From: Lama glama
Taxonomy: Eukaryota
DNA: 64,000 nucleotides
Direction of reading: 5' to 3'
NCBI GenBank assembly: GCA_028534125.1
Contig: CM052818.1
Coordinates: 15,378,001 to 15,442,000, forward strand
The notes under the pieces are model-generated. The model was not told the DNA's origin. It searched no databases and worked only from the letters and a program-made list of their open reading frames with translations. Below, piece by piece: positions 62,227 through 64,000 of this stretch. A program made the translations under genes and the position numbers. Each line of letters starts with the position of its first letter. Position 1 is the stretch's first letter.

Positions 62227-63564
62227 TTCTAGATCATTGTACTTCAGCTGTCGATGGCTCCCTTGCACAGAGCTTCCAGTACATTCCAAGTACTGAACTC
62301 TATGCAGTTTTTAAAGAGTGTATTGTCCTTGTGGAAATTATTTACGGATAGCTGCAAAGGTCTGATCAAAGAGGAACTTGGAGAGTGTTCTTTCAGTACC
62401 AAGTTTTGTTGCTGTCACCGCTGGTTTAACAGCAATCCTGTTAACCCTAACAGTTTGTGACAGACGGTTCATTCATGGATGCCTCACCAATTAACCTGTG
62501 TGATGTCTCCACAGGCCCAGGGTAATTGTGTTTGGACTAAGTATTTTAGGTGGAGTCTTGACCCACCTTGAGGGACACTTCTAACTCCCTGGGGAGATTC
62601 CAGGTATGCCCTCTGTGGGCTAAACCCTAGAATTTCCCTTGCAAGGTAACTTATTTTTCATAAAGCTTTTCTTACTCCAGAGTTCTCTTACTGTTATGAG
62701 CCCCATACCTGATTATCATTTTCATGCCTTTTAATACCCTTCTGACTTTAATTGTAGCTATTCAAATCCAGTTTTTATCCTTTGTGTTACAGCTTATGCA
62801 GAGGGGATTATGTTTTTCCTTCATGTGTTCCTTAGCACAGTGCCGCTCACGTGGTAGGTATTCAAAAACACTGAACTGTATTCAAAACCTGCTGATACCC
62901 AATTAACAGATTTTTTTTCCCCTGAGCCTTCTATTGCCTTTAAAGAGACAAAGAGACAAAGAATAACTGATTTAGTGTGAGCCTTATTCCTTCAGAGCCT
63001 AAGGAGAAATTGCTTCCCCACAATTTATTTTTGTAGGAGCCTGTTTCTTTGGCTGTCTTGCCAATTTTGATAGATTTAACCATTTCTGAGTCAATGGTGC
63101 GTTCCCACAGTCTGGCACATAAGTTTTCAGTGGTTATTTTTAGTCAGACTGTGTCCAAAAAAGTGACTTAACAGACTCTTAAAATTGTCTTAAAATATCT
63201 CCTTCTGATGTATAACTAATTGAAACTCTTCTGAAGGCTTCTTTCTATTAGAACTTGAAAGGCCTTAATAGTCCTCCTGCCTCCTCCCCACCCCCCAGAG
63301 GTTTGCTTCAGAGCTTTCTCCCAGGCAGCTACTCCTTCGCTGCCCGCCTCAGGAACACGCACAGGGTAGGATTCAGTGAAGATTAGCACCTGGATGGACA
63401 GAGTATCTTGAGGCAGGAAGGGCTGCAGGCCTCTGCTCTGGTTTTAGTGACTCCCGTGATCAGCCTCTTTCTTTGCTCTCCCTGAGGGTGTAGCCGCAGG
63501 CTCTCCTCTTGGGCAGTCATCTGCCTGGGGATGTGGTAGAGTGCCAGCGGAACCTTAGGGAATT

Positions 63565-63594
63565 AAAACAAAACAAAACAAAACAAAACAAAAC
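63565..63594. repeat. (AAAAC)6 microsatellite
   Basis: Direct reading of the sequence. Confidence 0.9.
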
Positions 63595-64000
63595 TCTAAT
63601 ATCTAGAAATGGCCCTGATAAGCTAAAAGTAGAATGAGAATTCTGGGGCTTTGGGTGGAGGAAGGGGAGAGATCCTCACGTGGTGTTGTCTGGGGACTTG
63701 CAGTAGGACCAATTATTCATTTTCAACTGGTTTTGGTTGAATAATGGGCATTTCTTTCAGACAGGGTCATACCAATCCTTAGACAAAAGGATTTAACAAA
63801 CCTGCTTCTGATGACAGCATATATTAACTTAAATTTATACCTAAGCATATATGAATAATCAAAACTTGAGTAGGGGAAGAACTTGAAAATTCTGAGAGGA
63901 ACTAGAGGAGATGCTAAGAAAGAAGAAGGGAGAAGGGAACAAAATAATCATGAAAAATAACTAAGTGTGAAAGTACCTATTGTGCCTGACACACGTAGGA

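Overview
AT-rich, CpG-depleted mammalian genomic DNA, most likely camelid (camel/alpaca/llama), judged from two copies of a tRNA-Ala-derived vic-1-type SINE. I found no recognisable protein-coding exon, CpG island, rRNA or true tRNA gene, so the window looks like a large intron or intergenic region. It is dominated by interspersed repeats: L1 and L2 LINE fragments, MIR SINEs, MaLR (MLT1) LTRs, two solo ERV LTRs with intact target-site duplications (TSDs), and hAT DNA transposons (MER53, MER45-, MER5- and MER58-type). The only ORF-track peptides I recognise are decayed L1 ORF2 pieces at 8-9.2 kb. I cannot support a new multi-gene system. The best leads are small: a MER53 element with a miR-1302-like arm and a duplicated, still base-paired apex; a box C/D-like structured segment; an inverted pair of lineage-specific SINEs; an RFX/FOX/E-box motif cluster; three candidate cryptic exons; and an intact ERV1-type LTR promoter. 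Repeat subfamily names come from remembered consensus sequences, and boundaries are approximate unless a TSD is quoted.
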